Shown here: positions 13,001-22,554 of the stretch, in pieces | Layout: each line of letters begins with the position of its first letter | Position numbering within the stretch: position 1 is the stretch's first letter | From: an uncultured Actinomycetota bacterium | Lineage (GTDB): Bacteria > Actinomycetota > Actinomycetes > DATJPE01 | Direction: 5' to 3' | Length of the DNA: 64,000 nucleotides | NCBI GenBank assembly: GCA_963820065.1 | Contig: CAWFYM010000012.1 | Span: 117,593-181,592, forward strand | Program-made: the position numbers and the translations under genes | The notes under the pieces: generated by a model | The model's database searches: none | What the model saw: the letters and a program-made list of their open reading frames with translations, nothing else | What the model was told of the DNA's origin: nothing

Positions 13001-13050
13001 CCGTCAAGAGTACGGCGCCTGGCCCTGGGGTGGGACCGGCCTCTCGGGTG

Positions 13051-14451
13051 TCAGTCGGTGGCCTCGCCGAGCACGACGTCCACGGTCTGCTGGGACCCGC
13101 CGCGTTCGAACGTCACCGTCACCGTGTCCCCCGGAACTCCAGCCCGGATCGCCACGATCAGCTCGTCGGGGCCGGCGACGGGGGTTCCGTCGAACGCCAC
13201 GATCACGTCGCCCGGACGGATCCCCGCCTGCTCGGCCGGACCGCCAGAGGTCACTCCGGTGCCTCCGTTGATGCCGTCCTGCGCGATCCGGACACCGTCT
13301 CCGGTGTAGGTCGGGTCGAGGCTGGCGCCAATGATCGGGTAGGACGCCGAACCCGTCTGGATCAGCTGCTCGGCCGTACGCCGCGCCTGGTTGATCGGGA
13401 TGGAGAAGCCGAGGCCGATCGAGCCCGCCTGAGACCCGAGGTCGCCCCCCAACGTGGCGATCGCCGAGTTGACCCCGATGACCCGGCCGCTGGCGTCGAC
13501 CAGCGGGCCGCCGGAGTTGCCGGGGTTGATGGCCGCGTCGGTCTGCAGGGCGGCGATGTAGGAGATGTCGGCGCTGGTGGCCTCACCGGCGGTGACCGGG
13601 CGGTCGACCGCCGAGATGATCCCCGAGGTGACGGTGCCCGACAGGCCCAGGGGCGAACCCACGGCGATCGCGGTGTCACCCACCACCACCGAGTCGGAGT
13701 TGCCCAAGGCGGCCACGGGCAGCCCGCCCCGGTCGACCTTGAGCACGGCGAGGTCGTAGGTGGTCGTGGTGCCGACCACCTCGGCCTGCTCGCTGGACCC
13801 ATCGTTGAACGTGACGGTGATGCGTCCACCGCCGCCGCCCGCGGCCACGACGTGGTTGTTGGTGAGGAGGTAGCCGTCCTCGGAGAGGATGAAACCGGAG
13901 CCGGTGCCGCCCCCGTTGCCTGAGCGCACCTCGATGGACACCACGGTGGGGAGCACCCGCTCGGCGATTCCCGCGACGGAGTCTGCGGGCCGGGACAAGT
14001 CGCCCGCGGGCGTGGTCCCCAGCGAGACGCCGGCGTTGGTGACGCGACCGTCGGTGACTCGGGCCCCGATCACACCCCCGAGCAAACCGGCGATGAGCGC
14101 GATGCCCAGCGCCCCCGCCAGCAGGCTGACCCAGCCCGGGCCCGGGCGCTCGGGCTTGACCGGCCGGCCGATGGTGTCCCACGCGGAGGTCGCGGGGTCA
14201 GCGGGCATGTCGTACGGCCACAGGGGGGACGTCGGCGCCGGGTCCGGGTAGGCACTGCCGTGGACCGCGTCGTAGGGCGACAGGGCCTCGGTCGCAGGGT
14301 CGGGATAGGTCGCTCGCACCGTCGACTGGACCGGCGGCTCGTCGCCGCTGCCGCCGCTGCCGCCGCTGTTGGTAGGCGGCTGGTCCGAGGGAGGTGGTGC
14401 CCATGGGTCGCTGGCGCGAGCCCACCACGCAGGGGGATCGTCCTGGCTCAC
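13051..14451 (-). CDS. htrA: HtrA-family (S1C) membrane serine protease with PDZ domain
   Basis: Pro-rich N-terminus, TM, GSGF, TNNHV, DLAVL, QTDAAINPGNSGG, PDZ (GPAEQAGIRPGDVI). Confidence 0.93.
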   Translation of the reverse strand: MSQDDPPAWWARASDPWAPPPSDQPPTNSGGSGGSGDEPPVQSTVRATYPDPATEALSPYDAVHGSAYPDPAPTSPLWPYDMPADPATSAWDTIGRPVKPERPGPGWVSLLAGALGIALIAGLLGGVIGARVTDGRVTNAGVSLGTTPAGDLSRPADSVAGIAERVLPTVVSIEVRSGNGGGTGSGFILSEDGYLLTNNHVVAAGGGGGRITVTFNDGSSEQAEVVGTTTTYDLAVLKVDRGGLPVAALGNSDSVVVGDTAIAVGSPLGLSGTVTSGIISAVDRPVTAGEATSADISYIAALQTDAAINPGNSGGPLVDASGRVIGVNSAIATLGGDLGSQAGSIGLGFSIPINQARRTAEQLIQTGSASYPIIGASLDPTYTGDGVRIAQDGINGGTGVTSGGPAEQAGIRPGDVIVAFDGTPVAGPDELIVAIRAGVPGDTVTVTFERGGSQQTVDVVLGEATD

Positions 14452-14475
14452 CGGCTCACCTCCGAGGATCCGGCG

Positions 14476-15894
14476 TCAGCCGAACGGATCGAACCACGAG
14501 CCTACGCGGGCCAGCCCACGTCCCGCCCGCCCAAGGGGGTCGGGGCCCACCACCTCGGGCGCCGGCAGGGTCGTGAGGACGGCGTCGACCGTTGCGGCAT
14601 CACCGATCACCGTCACCACCGTGTCGGCCTCGGCCCAGGTCGCCTCAGCGGGCGTTCCGCCGCTCTTGAAGACCGTCCGGCCCCCCACCTCAGCACGGGC
14701 GAAGCCGTCCAACCGGCGCGGGTCGAGGCGGCCCTGCTGCTCGAACACCGACAGGGATCGGAGCCCGTCGGTGTAGACCAGATGAAGCACGTCCGGCTCC
14801 GGTCCCGACGTCAGCCGGGCGTCGAGCGCGGTCAGGGTGGACGTGCCCGTCGGGATCGACTCCCCCGGACACCACCACCCTTGCGCCGCCAGGGCTGCCG
14901 GCTGGAAGCCCTCGGGCGCCTCTCCCCAGGTGGCACTGCTCGCCACGGGGAGGTGCTTGGGCATGACCGACGAGTCGTCCACGTTCACCGAGGTGAAGGC
15001 GGCGCTGGACACCACCCGGCCCTCGAGGTCTCGCAGCTCACGGCGAAGCACGAGCCCGGTGGCGTGGTCGACCCAGAAGTCTGCGACCACCACCCCGTCG
15101 TGCGTCGAGGCCGACACCCGGTCGGCCAGGCGCCCGGCCACCTGCTCGGTCCCCTCGGGGTGCAGGACGTAGCCGAGCTCGAGCAGCGCCAGCGCGTCGA
15201 CGCCGTCGGCGGTGGCCGTCGCACTCAGGGGGCGGAAGGACGCCGTCTCGCCGTCCGGGCTCATCGAGCGGACCGACGTGCCGTGGCCCGGGATGTGGCT
15301 CACCTCGATGACCTGCACGGCCGACGTGCCGCTGCGGGGGCTGACCTGCTCGACGCCTCGATAGCTGAGCGACGCAGCCGCGCCTGCCCCCCGGCGGAGC
15401 GTGTCGAGGGCCGAGCCGGATGTCGGCGCGCCGCTCGCGGACGATGGTTGGCTGCCCCAGAACGGGATCTCCCCCGCCGTGGCTTCGTGCTGGGCCGCTA
15501 GCCGTTCCGGCGAGGCCACGAGCGGCGCGGCGTCGGTCTCGCTGCCGACAGCCCAGGCCGTCGCCATGAGGGCGACGCTGATGGCTACGCCCGAGACGAC
15601 TCCTCGTCGGACGGCACTCGCGACCGTTCGCTGGCCCGCGGACGGGTCGACGATCGGCTTGGGCACCCCCGCGACGGGCATGGCAGCCAGCGCATCGAGG
15701 AACCCCGATGCCGCGGGCGGTGGCTCGTGGTCTCGGCTGGTCTCCCGGAGCAGGTCGCGCACCCCCGACTGCGCCTCGACGATGCGTTGGCACTTGTCGC
15801 AGCGGCCGAGGTGTTGCCGGACCTTGGCCTCGGCTGTCGGGTCGAGCGCGCCGTCGACGTAGGCGGCCGCCCGATCTCCGATGTGGTCGCTCAC
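14476..15894 (-). CDS. Zinc anti-sigma factor (zf-HC2) with C-terminal MucB/RseB-like extracytoplasmic region
   Basis: H..(x)n..[11 protein letters not shown] motif, one TM, then [20 protein letters not shown] and [17 protein letters not shown] (RseB-like); GTGA-type overlap with sigE. Confidence 0.8.
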   Translation of the reverse strand: MSDHIGDRAAAYVDGALDPTAEAKVRQHLGRCDKCQRIVEAQSGVRDLLRETSRDHEPPPAASGFLDALAAMPVAGVPKPIVDPSAGQRTVASAVRRGVVSGVAISVALMATAWAVGSETDAAPLVASPERLAAQHEATAGEIPFWGSQPSSASGAPTSGSALDTLRRGAGAAASLSYRGVEQVSPRSGTSAVQVIEVSHIPGHGTSVRSMSPDGETASFRPLSATATADGVDALALLELGYVLHPEGTEQVAGRLADRVSASTHDGVVVADFWVDHATGLVLRRELRDLEGRVVSSAAFTSVNVDDSSVMPKHLPVASSATWGEAPEGFQPAALAAQGWWCPGESIPTGTSTLTALDARLTSGPEPDVLHLVYTDGLRSLSVFEQQGRLDPRRLDGFARAEVGGRTVFKSGGTPAEATWAEADTVVTVIGDAATVDAVLTTLPAPEVVGPDPLGRAGRGLARVGSWFDPFG

Positions 15895-16499
15895 GGCTCG
15901 AGGACCGCCTCGTTGGCTCGGCCGCGCCTGGCCGGGTCGAGGTGCGGGAGCGACTCGCGCAACTGGCTGCGGCCGCGGTGGATGCGGCTGCGCACGGTGC
16001 CCATGGGTACGTCGAGGATCGTCGCGATCTCCTCATAGCTCAGCCCCTCGATGTCGCACAGGACGACGGCCGCGCGGAAGGCAGGGGGGAGGGAATCGAG
16101 GGCCTCTTGGACCTCGGCGTCGAACGTGGCGTCCAGGTAGGTCCGCTCGGGGGTGGGTTCACGGCCCGGGAGCCGGTCGGCCGCGTCGTCTCCGAGCGGC
16201 CCGAACCGGATGCGGGCCCGGCGGCGGGCGCCGTCGAGGAACAGGTTGGTGGTGATCCGGTGGAGCCAGCCCTCGAACGACCCCGGCGTGTAGCGCTCGA
16301 GGGACCGGAAGACGCGGACGAAGACTTCCTGAGTGAGGTCCTGCGCGTCGTGAGGGTTTCCGGTCAGGCGGTAGGCCAGGCGGTAGACCCGGTCCCCGTG
16401 CAGCCGGACGACGTCCTCCCAGGACAGGTCCGCCGGGTCCACCGAGCGCAGGTCGGCGGCGCTGCGGGGCTCCGCCCGTACGCCCTCCGCGCTGCTCAT
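15891..16499 (-). CDS. sigE: ECF RNA polymerase sigma factor SigE
   Basis: [57 protein letters not shown]; sigE-antisigma-htrA-tatB order. Confidence 0.93.
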   Translation of the reverse strand: MSSAEGVRAEPRSAADLRSVDPADLSWEDVVRLHGDRVYRLAYRLTGNPHDAQDLTQEVFVRVFRSLERYTPGSFEGWLHRITTNLFLDGARRRARIRFGPLGDDAADRLPGREPTPERTYLDATFDAEVQEALDSLPPAFRAAVVLCDIEGLSYEEIATILDVPMGTVRSRIHRGRSQLRESLPHLDPARRGRANEAVLEP

Positions 16500-16589
16500 C
16501 CGACCTCCCGATCCGATCCCGTCCCGACGACCGCGCTCCAGCGGAGCCGGGTGACCCCTCTATGGTCGCGCGACCCGTCCCCAGGACCA

Positions 16590-16615
16590 AACGCTGCGAG
16601 CCAGCCCCGCGTTCC
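16590..16615 (-). promoter_or_regulatory. ECF (SigE/SigH-type) promoter upstream of sigE
   Basis: Minus strand GGAAC-N17-CGTT, matching the actinobacterial SigE/SigH consensus, ~90 nt before the sigE start. Confidence 0.6.
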
Positions 16616-16630
16616 CCGTATCCTTCGCAG

Positions 16631-17263
16631 GTGCCTGGCAGCCTCGAACAGTCCTGGACCTACGCCGAGCAGTTCGTGGCGGAGGACGATGTCCTCACCC
16701 ACGCGCGCCAACGCGCTGACGAGGTGGGGTCGGTGGCGATCACCGCCGGCGCCGGAGCGACGCTCCGGATGCTCGCCTCGCTGCTCGACGCCCGATCGGT
16801 GGTCGAGATCGGCACCGGCACCGGCGTCGCCGGTGTCTGGCTGCTGCGCGGGATGCACCCCGAAGGGGTGCTCACCTCGATCGACACCGAGACCGAGCAC
16901 CAGAAGCTGGCTCGGGAGACCTTCACCGAGGAGGGCGTGGCGCCGAACCGGGCCCGACTGATCACCGGCCGCGCGCTCGAGGTGCTGCCTCGCCTCACCG
17001 ACGGTGCCTACGACCTGGTGCTCGTCGACGGCGACAAGCAGGACTACACCGACCATCTGGTCGAGGCCCTGCGTCTGCTGCGCCCGGGCGGGGTCGTGGT
17101 GTTCGACAACGCGCTGTGGAGCAACCGGGTGGCCGACCCGGCGCAGCGAGACCCCGACACGGTCGCGATCCGCGAGCTCGGCAAGACCGTCCGGGAGCAC
17201 GAGGAGCTGGTCTCCGCCCTGCTCCCTGTGGGTGACGGCCTCCTGGTGGCCGTCCGCCGCTAG
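16631..17263 (+). CDS. O-methyltransferase (Rv1220c-like)
   Basis: VVEIGTGTGVAG, LTSID, YDLVLVDGDK, LRPGGVVVFDNAL; divergent from sigE; TATCCT-6nt-GTG. Confidence 0.9.
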   Translation: MPGSLEQSWTYAEQFVAEDDVLTHARQRADEVGSVAITAGAGATLRMLASLLDARSVVEIGTGTGVAGVWLLRGMHPEGVLTSIDTETEHQKLARETFTEEGVAPNRARLITGRALEVLPRLTDGAYDLVLVDGDKQDYTDHLVEALRLLRPGGVVVFDNALWSNRVADPAQRDPDTVAIRELGKTVREHEELVSALLPVGDGLLVAVRR

Positions 17264-17298
17264 CGTCGGCCTTCGCTCGCTCGGCCCGGCGCTCAAGA

Positions 17299-17331
17299 AA
17301 GCCCCGACCGCACGAGGGGCGATCGGGGCTT
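17299..17331. terminator. Hairpin between convergent O-methyltransferase and DUF3117 genes
   Basis: AAGCCCCGA...TCGGGGCTT inverted repeat; T-rich tail on minus strand. Confidence 0.55.
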
Positions 17332-17352
17332 CCTGAATCAGCGTCGGGGGGC

Positions 17353-17517
17353 TCAGCCCACCGCCTTCAGGGCGTCGCCGAGAGCCTCAGCCTCGGCTGC
17401 GGTGAGCTCGACGACGAGGCGCCCGCCTCCTTCGAGGGGCACCCGCATCACGATGCCGCGGCCCTCCTTGGTCACCTCGAGCGGGCCGTCGCCCGTACGC
17501 GGCTTCATGGCCGCCAT
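17353..17517 (-). CDS. DUF3117 small protein
   Basis: MAAMKPRTGDGPLEVTKEGRGIVMRVPLEGGGRLVVEL. Confidence 0.93.
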   Translation of the reverse strand: MAAMKPRTGDGPLEVTKEGRGIVMRVPLEGGGRLVVELTAAEAEALGDALKAVG

Positions 17518-17689
17518 GCGCTTCCCCTTCCTGCGTGGCACATCCGGACCCACGAGTGCGAGGGCCGGTCTCTGGGCCCAGTATCCCGCACCGCCCCCGC
17601 TTGGACGAAACCCGGACGCTCCCGCGGGCGAACCGGAGCGGCCAGCGGGTCGAGCCGCCCCGGGTCCGGCGAGACGGCAGACTGCCGGG

Positions 17690-18481
17690 ATGCACGCCCG
17701 GTCCGCGTTGTTCGACCTCTATGGGGACCACCTCCGTAGCCGGGGTGATGCCGCACCCGTGGCCGCGCTGATCCGGCTGATGGGCGCCCTCGACATCGCT
17801 GCCCCTGCCGTGCGCACGGCCGTGTCGCGGATGGTCGGGCAGGGCTGGTTGGCCCCCGTGCGTCTCGACGCCGGCCCGGGCTACGCGTTGACGCCCAAGG
17901 GGATCCATCGTCTCGACGACGCCGGGGAGCGCGTCTATCGGAGCAGCGACCTCGCGTGGGACGGCCGCTGGGACGTGCTCGTCACCTCCCGCGTGACCCG
18001 ACGAACGGCGCGGCAGCGCCTGGCCGCGCAGCTGCCCTTCCTCGGCTATGCCCAGGTCTCCGACCGCACCTGGGTCGCACCCCGACCCCACCCCGATGCC
18101 GTCGAGCTGATCGTGACCGAGGGCCTGCGCGTCCAGCGCTTCGACGCCGTCCACGACGGGCCGGAGACCGGCTCCGGTTCCGTCACCGACATGGTCACCC
18201 GCGCCTGGGAGCTGGACTCGCTCGCGGACGCCTACACGCAGTGGCTGGTCGACGCGAGCCTGCTGCTCGCCGCTGAACCCCAGAGCGACGAGGGCGCGTT
18301 CGCCCTGCGGAGTCGGCTCGTGCACGAGTGGCGCAAGTTCTTGTTCCGCGACCCTGGCTTGCCCCTGTCGCTCCTGCCCGCCGACTGGCCGGGCACCGAG
18401 GCTGCCGACTACTTCGCCGCCGAGTCGGCCCGCCTGCTGCCGGCCGCGGCCCGCCATATCGAGGCCTGCCTCAGACCCTGA
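17690..18481 (+). CDS. PaaX-family transcriptional regulator
   Basis: ARSALFDLYGDHL, AVRTAVSRM, WDGRW, LVHEWRKFLFRDPGLP..LLP..WPG. Confidence 0.9.
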   Translation: MHARSALFDLYGDHLRSRGDAAPVAALIRLMGALDIAAPAVRTAVSRMVGQGWLAPVRLDAGPGYALTPKGIHRLDDAGERVYRSSDLAWDGRWDVLVTSRVTRRTARQRLAAQLPFLGYAQVSDRTWVAPRPHPDAVELIVTEGLRVQRFDAVHDGPETGSGSVTDMVTRAWELDSLADAYTQWLVDASLLLAAEPQSDEGAFALRSRLVHEWRKFLFRDPGLPLSLLPADWPGTEAADYFAAESARLLPAAARHIEACLRP

Positions 18482-18492
18482 GCCGAGCGCTG

Positions 18493-19074
18493 TCAGGCGC
18501 GGTGGCAGCCCACCAGATGGTCGTCGACCAGGCCGCAGGCCTGCATCGCGGCATACATCGTGGTAGGACCGACGAACACGAACCCACGCGCCTTCAGCGC
18601 CTTGGCCATGGCCGTGGAGGCCTCCGTCTTCGCAGGCAGGTCGGACATCCGCTCGGGTCGACGGCGCGACGAAGAGTCCGCGAAGGACCAGATCAGCCGG
18701 TCGAGAGCTCCCTCGCCCTCGGTGGCGAGCAGCTGCGCCGCCGCCTTCGCGTTCGTGAGGGTCGCGGCGACCTTCAGCCGGTTTCGCACGATGCCGGCGT
18801 CGTTCATCAGCCGATGCTCGTCCGCCTCGTCATAGGACGCAACCACCGGGATCGAGAAGCCCCCGAAGGCCGTGCGAAACGCCTCGCGCTTGCGCAGGAT
18901 CGTCAGCCACGACAACCCGGACTGGAACGCCTCGAGGGTCAGCCGTTCAAACAGCCGGTCGTCCCCGTGGACCGGTCGACCCCACTCCTCGTCGTGGTAG
19001 AGGGCGTAGTCAGCGGTGGACGCACCCCAGCCGCAGCGCGCCAGGCCGTCCGACCCGACGACCAGGTCATCCAT
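18493..19074 (-). CDS. tag: DNA-3-methyladenine glycosylase I
   Basis: RCGW, YHDEEWG, LEAFQSGLSWLTILRKR, GFVFVGPTT, GLVDDHLVGC. Confidence 0.95.
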   Translation of the reverse strand: MDDLVVGSDGLARCGWGASTADYALYHDEEWGRPVHGDDRLFERLTLEAFQSGLSWLTILRKREAFRTAFGGFSIPVVASYDEADEHRLMNDAGIVRNRLKVAATLTNAKAAAQLLATEGEGALDRLIWSFADSSSRRRPERMSDLPAKTEASTAMAKALKARGFVFVGPTTMYAAMQACGLVDDHLVGCHRA

Positions 19075-19567
19075 CCGAGGAGGACCGGCCGCGGTGTTCT
19101 TCCTCCACGGCTCGAGCAAGCTTGCGCAGCGAGGTGGCTACACCGGCTTTGAACGCCGGCGCGACAGCCGGGAAGCCCAGTTTTCCCAACGCACCCAGGG
19201 GAAGGACCAGCTGCTCGGACCAGACCAGCCGGGCCCGGTCTCCGGGCAGCTCGACCACCTCGAAGACCCCGGTGCCGCGCACCACCCGACCCGTGTGCAA
19301 GACCTCGCAGCGGTGCGGCGGCTCCCACAAGGTGATCACCATGGTGTCGAGGAACCCCACCTTGCCAACGCCGGTGAACGCTTCCAGGCACGCGCCGACG
19401 CCGTGACCGCTCCCGTCACCACCGCGTCCGGTGGCGCGCACCGTCGTCCCGAGCATCCAGTCGCTTTGGCGCTCCCAGTCGGTGATCGCCTCCCAGACCC
19501 GCTCGACCGGCGCGTCCACGACGACGTCGACCACGACCTCGCTGTCGTACGGCAGCGGCTCATTCAT
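19067..19567 (-). CDS. SRPBCC (START-like) family protein
   Basis: VDAPVERVWEAITDWERQSDWMLGT, WEPPHRCEVLHTGRVVRG. Confidence 0.85.
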   Translation of the reverse strand: MNEPLPYDSEVVVDVVVDAPVERVWEAITDWERQSDWMLGTTVRATGRGGDGSGHGVGACLEAFTGVGKVGFLDTMVITLWEPPHRCEVLHTGRVVRGTGVFEVVELPGDRARLVWSEQLVLPLGALGKLGFPAVAPAFKAGVATSLRKLARAVEEEHRGRSSSDG

Positions 19568-19871
19568 CCGACCGCCCGGCGGCCGGATCCGAACGCTGGG
19601 GCGACCGGGCGTCGCGCAGCTCTGCCTCACGCTCGCGCAGCTCTGCCGCCAACCTGTCGAGCACCTCGTCCACCTCGTCCATGCGGTAGCCCCGGAAACC
19701 GACGCCGAAGTGGACGGCGTCGATGTCGTCGGCGCTGATCGGGCGGTCGGCCGGCAGCCAGGGGCCGGGGCGATCGTCCTCCGCCGCGGCGAGCTGTCCG
19801 CCGCGGCCCCCGGCGACGACCGCGACCACGCCGAGCACACCGATCGCGATCAGCACGAACAGGAAGGTCAC
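19560..19871 (-). CDS. Membrane-anchored DivIVA-domain protein
   Basis: N-terminal TM then FGVGFRGYRMDEVDEVLDRL. Confidence 0.88.
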   Translation of the reverse strand: MTFLFVLIAIGVLGVVAVVAGGRGGQLAAAEDDRPGPWLPADRPISADDIDAVHFGVGFRGYRMDEVDEVLDRLAAELREREAELRDARSPQRSDPAAGRSDE

Positions 19872-19908
19872 CCACCGATCGTGCCACGCGAGCGCGTACC
19901 CTGCCGCC

Positions 19909-21018
19909 ATGTCGCTGTCCCGCCCTGCGGTCCCCCGTTTCGCTACGCAGCTCGTCGGCTCCTGGTCCAAGCCGCAGTGGCTGTGCGACCACGACCTCGT
20001 CTACGGCCCCGAGGGCACCTGGTGGCGCATCCCGCAGCCGCAGCGACCGGAGGCGCTCGACGACGCCGTACGCCTGGCCGTGCAGGACCAGGAGCGCGCG
20101 GGTCTGACCTACGTCGGGGACGGGGAGCAGAGGCGGCAGACGTTCTCCGGGCACTTCTACGCCCTCGGCGGGATCGACCAGGCGCACCCGGGCGCCGTGA
20201 CCAACTTCGCCAACGACGTCAACGACTACCTCACGATGAAGGCCCGGGCGCAGACGTCGGACGCCGACGGCAAGCCCGCACCGCCCCCGACGTTCGAGCT
20301 CCCCCGGGTGACCGGCCCGATCACCTGGGAGCGGCCCGTGCTTGACGGCGACCTCGAGTTCTTGCGCCGCACGACCGACCGGCCGACGAAGATGACCGTG
20401 ATCGGTCCGTCGACCCTGGCGCTGCGACTGGTCGACGAGCACTACGGATCCCTGGAGAAGCTGACCTTCGCGCTGGCCGACGCGCTCAACGCCGAGCTGC
20501 GAGCCCTGGTCACGGCCGGTGTCGACCTGGTGCAGCTGGACGAGCCCGAAGCCCACTTCCGGTACAGCCAGGTGGAGTCGTTCGCCGCCGAGGCGATCGA
20601 CCGGACGCTGCACGGCGTGACTTGCCGGACGACGGTCCACATGTGTTACGGCTACGCGCGCAACATCGCCGAGAAGCGCGCCACCCCCGTCTATGCGCAA
20701 GCCCTCGAGCTGCTCGCCGCCACCTCGGTCGACTCGATCTCGCTGGAGTACGAACAGCCGCGGCACACCCCGGAGCTGCTTGAGCACGCCGGTGACAAGG
20801 ACATCGTGCTCGGCACCCTTGACCTGGCGACGGACGCGCCCGTCGAGGAGGTCGACCACATCGTCGGTCGGGTCCGCGACGCGGTGGAGGTCCTCGGACC
20901 CGACCGAGTGGGGCTCGCGCCCGACTGCGGCATGTGGTTCCTCCCCCGCGACCATGCGCGCGCGAAGATCACCGCGATGGAGCAGGCCGCGCAGGTCCTG
21001 CGGGATTCGTCGAGCTGA
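19909..21018 (+). CDS. Single-barrel cobalamin-independent methionine synthase II family protein
   Basis: VGSWSKP, GDGEQRR, VQLDEP, HMCYG, SLEY, APDCG zinc-ligand pattern; ~369 aa, half the size of MetE. Confidence 0.85.
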   Translation: MSLSRPAVPRFATQLVGSWSKPQWLCDHDLVYGPEGTWWRIPQPQRPEALDDAVRLAVQDQERAGLTYVGDGEQRRQTFSGHFYALGGIDQAHPGAVTNFANDVNDYLTMKARAQTSDADGKPAPPPTFELPRVTGPITWERPVLDGDLEFLRRTTDRPTKMTVIGPSTLALRLVDEHYGSLEKLTFALADALNAELRALVTAGVDLVQLDEPEAHFRYSQVESFAAEAIDRTLHGVTCRTTVHMCYGYARNIAEKRATPVYAQALELLAATSVDSISLEYEQPRHTPELLEHAGDKDIVLGTLDLATDAPVEEVDHIVGRVRDAVEVLGPDRVGLAPDCGMWFLPRDHARAKITAMEQAAQVLRDSSS

Positions 21019-21032
21019 GGCAGGCTTCGGGC

Positions 21033-21896
21033 GTGCCGCTCCGTCTGGGTCGACGCGTCTTCGATGACGACGCGCTCCTCGTCATGGCCATCATCAACCG
21101 CACTCCGGACTCCTTCTACGACCGGGGGGCGACCTACGCCGAGGGCGCGGCCCTCGAGGCGGTCGATCGAGCGGTGGCGGACGGAGCCGACCTGGTCGAC
21201 ATCGGCGGGGTCAAGGCCGGGCCTGGCGACGAGGTGGACGCGGACGAGGAGATCAGGCGCACCGTCGGCTTCGTGGCCGCCGTCCGCGACAGGCACCCCG
21301 ATCTGGTCATCAGCGTCGACACCTGGCGCCACGAGGTCGGGCAGGTGTGCTGCGAGGTCGGCGCGGACGTGCTCAACGACGCGTGGGGAGGCACCGACCC
21401 GCTCCTGGCGGAGGTCGCAGCAACGCACGGAGTGTCCCTCGTCTGCACCCACGCCGGTGGCCTGTCACCGCGGACTCGCCCCCACCGGATCGGCTACGAC
21501 GACGTGATGGCCGACATCATCAGCCGTACGACCTCCGAGGCGGAGCGGGCCGTCGCGGTGGGCGTCGATCGCTCCGCGATCATGGTCGACCCGGGGCACG
21601 ACTTCGGGAAGAACACCTGGCACTCCCTCGAGGCGACTCGGCGTTTGCCCGAGCTGGTGGCAACCGGCTGGCCGGTGCTGGTCTCGTTGTCCAACAAGGA
21701 CTTTGTCGGCGAGACCCTCGACCGCCCCGTGGACGGGCGGCTGACCGGCACGCTGGCGGCCACGACCGTGTCGGCCTGGCTCGGGGCTCGGGTGTTCCGG
21801 GCCCACAACGTGGTGGAGACGCGCGAGACCCTCGACATGGTGGCGTCCATCCGGGGCACGCGCCCACCCTCGGTCGTCCGCCGCGGTCTGGCCTGA
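21033..21896 (+). CDS. folP: Dihydropteroate synthase-like protein (FolP2 type)
   Basis: MAIINRTPDSFYDRG, DIGGVKAGPG, ISVDTWR, DPGHDFGKNT, SLSNKDF. Confidence 0.88.
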   Translation: MPLRLGRRVFDDDALLVMAIINRTPDSFYDRGATYAEGAALEAVDRAVADGADLVDIGGVKAGPGDEVDADEEIRRTVGFVAAVRDRHPDLVISVDTWRHEVGQVCCEVGADVLNDAWGGTDPLLAEVAATHGVSLVCTHAGGLSPRTRPHRIGYDDVMADIISRTTSEAERAVAVGVDRSAIMVDPGHDFGKNTWHSLEATRRLPELVATGWPVLVSLSNKDFVGETLDRPVDGRLTGTLAATTVSAWLGARVFRAHNVVETRETLDMVASIRGTRPPSVVRRGLA

Positions 21897-21921
21897 GCAA
21901 CCGAGGCGGAGTCCGTACGAC

Positions 21922-22554
21922 TCACGGCTCGGCTTCGAGCACTTCCTCGGGGGTGGGCGCAGGCGGGATCGCCACCGACGCCCATCCGGCGTCCAGCGCC
22001 TCGAAGGCGTCCGCGACCGTGCGCGTCCAGACCACGGCGTCGCGAGCCTCGGGCCGGACGAACGACTGCCCGACCAAGGAGTCGACGAGGGAGTGCAGCG
22101 CCGCGTAGGTGTCGTCCGGATCGAGCACCACGATCGGCTTGTGGTGCATGCCCAGGCTTCGGGCGACCCAGACCTCCAAGAGCTCTTCGAGCGTGCCGAT
22201 CCCGCCGGGCAGGGCGAGGAACGCGTCGCACCGGCTGTCCATGGCTCCCTTGCGGTCACGCATGTCCTCGGTGACAACCAGCTCATCGGCGTCGTGGTCG
22301 GCCACCTCCATGGCCACGAGTGCGCGCGGGATGACTCCCACGGTTCGTCCGCCCTCGGCGCGCGCGGCGCGCGCCACCGCGCCCATCGACCCGACGGTGC
22401 CGCCCCCGGTCACCAGGGTCCATCCCCGGCGCCCGATCTCTCGTCCGACGTCGGTCGCCGTGTCGAGGTGCTCGGCGGCAATCACGGTCGACGATGCGCA
22501 GAACACGCAGACGGTGCGGCGGACGGGAGGCTCGGGTGGCCCCGGTTCGGTCAC
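21922..22554 (-). CDS. LOG family (TIGR00730) nucleotide phosphoribohydrolase
   Basis: VCVFCASS, MRDRKGAM, LPGGIGTLEE. Confidence 0.9.
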   Translation of the reverse strand: MTEPGPPEPPVRRTVCVFCASSTVIAAEHLDTATDVGREIGRRGWTLVTGGGTVGSMGAVARAARAEGGRTVGVIPRALVAMEVADHDADELVVTEDMRDRKGAMDSRCDAFLALPGGIGTLEELLEVWVARSLGMHHKPIVVLDPDDTYAALHSLVDSLVGQSFVRPEARDAVVWTRTVADAFEALDAGWASVAIPPAPTPEEVLEAEP

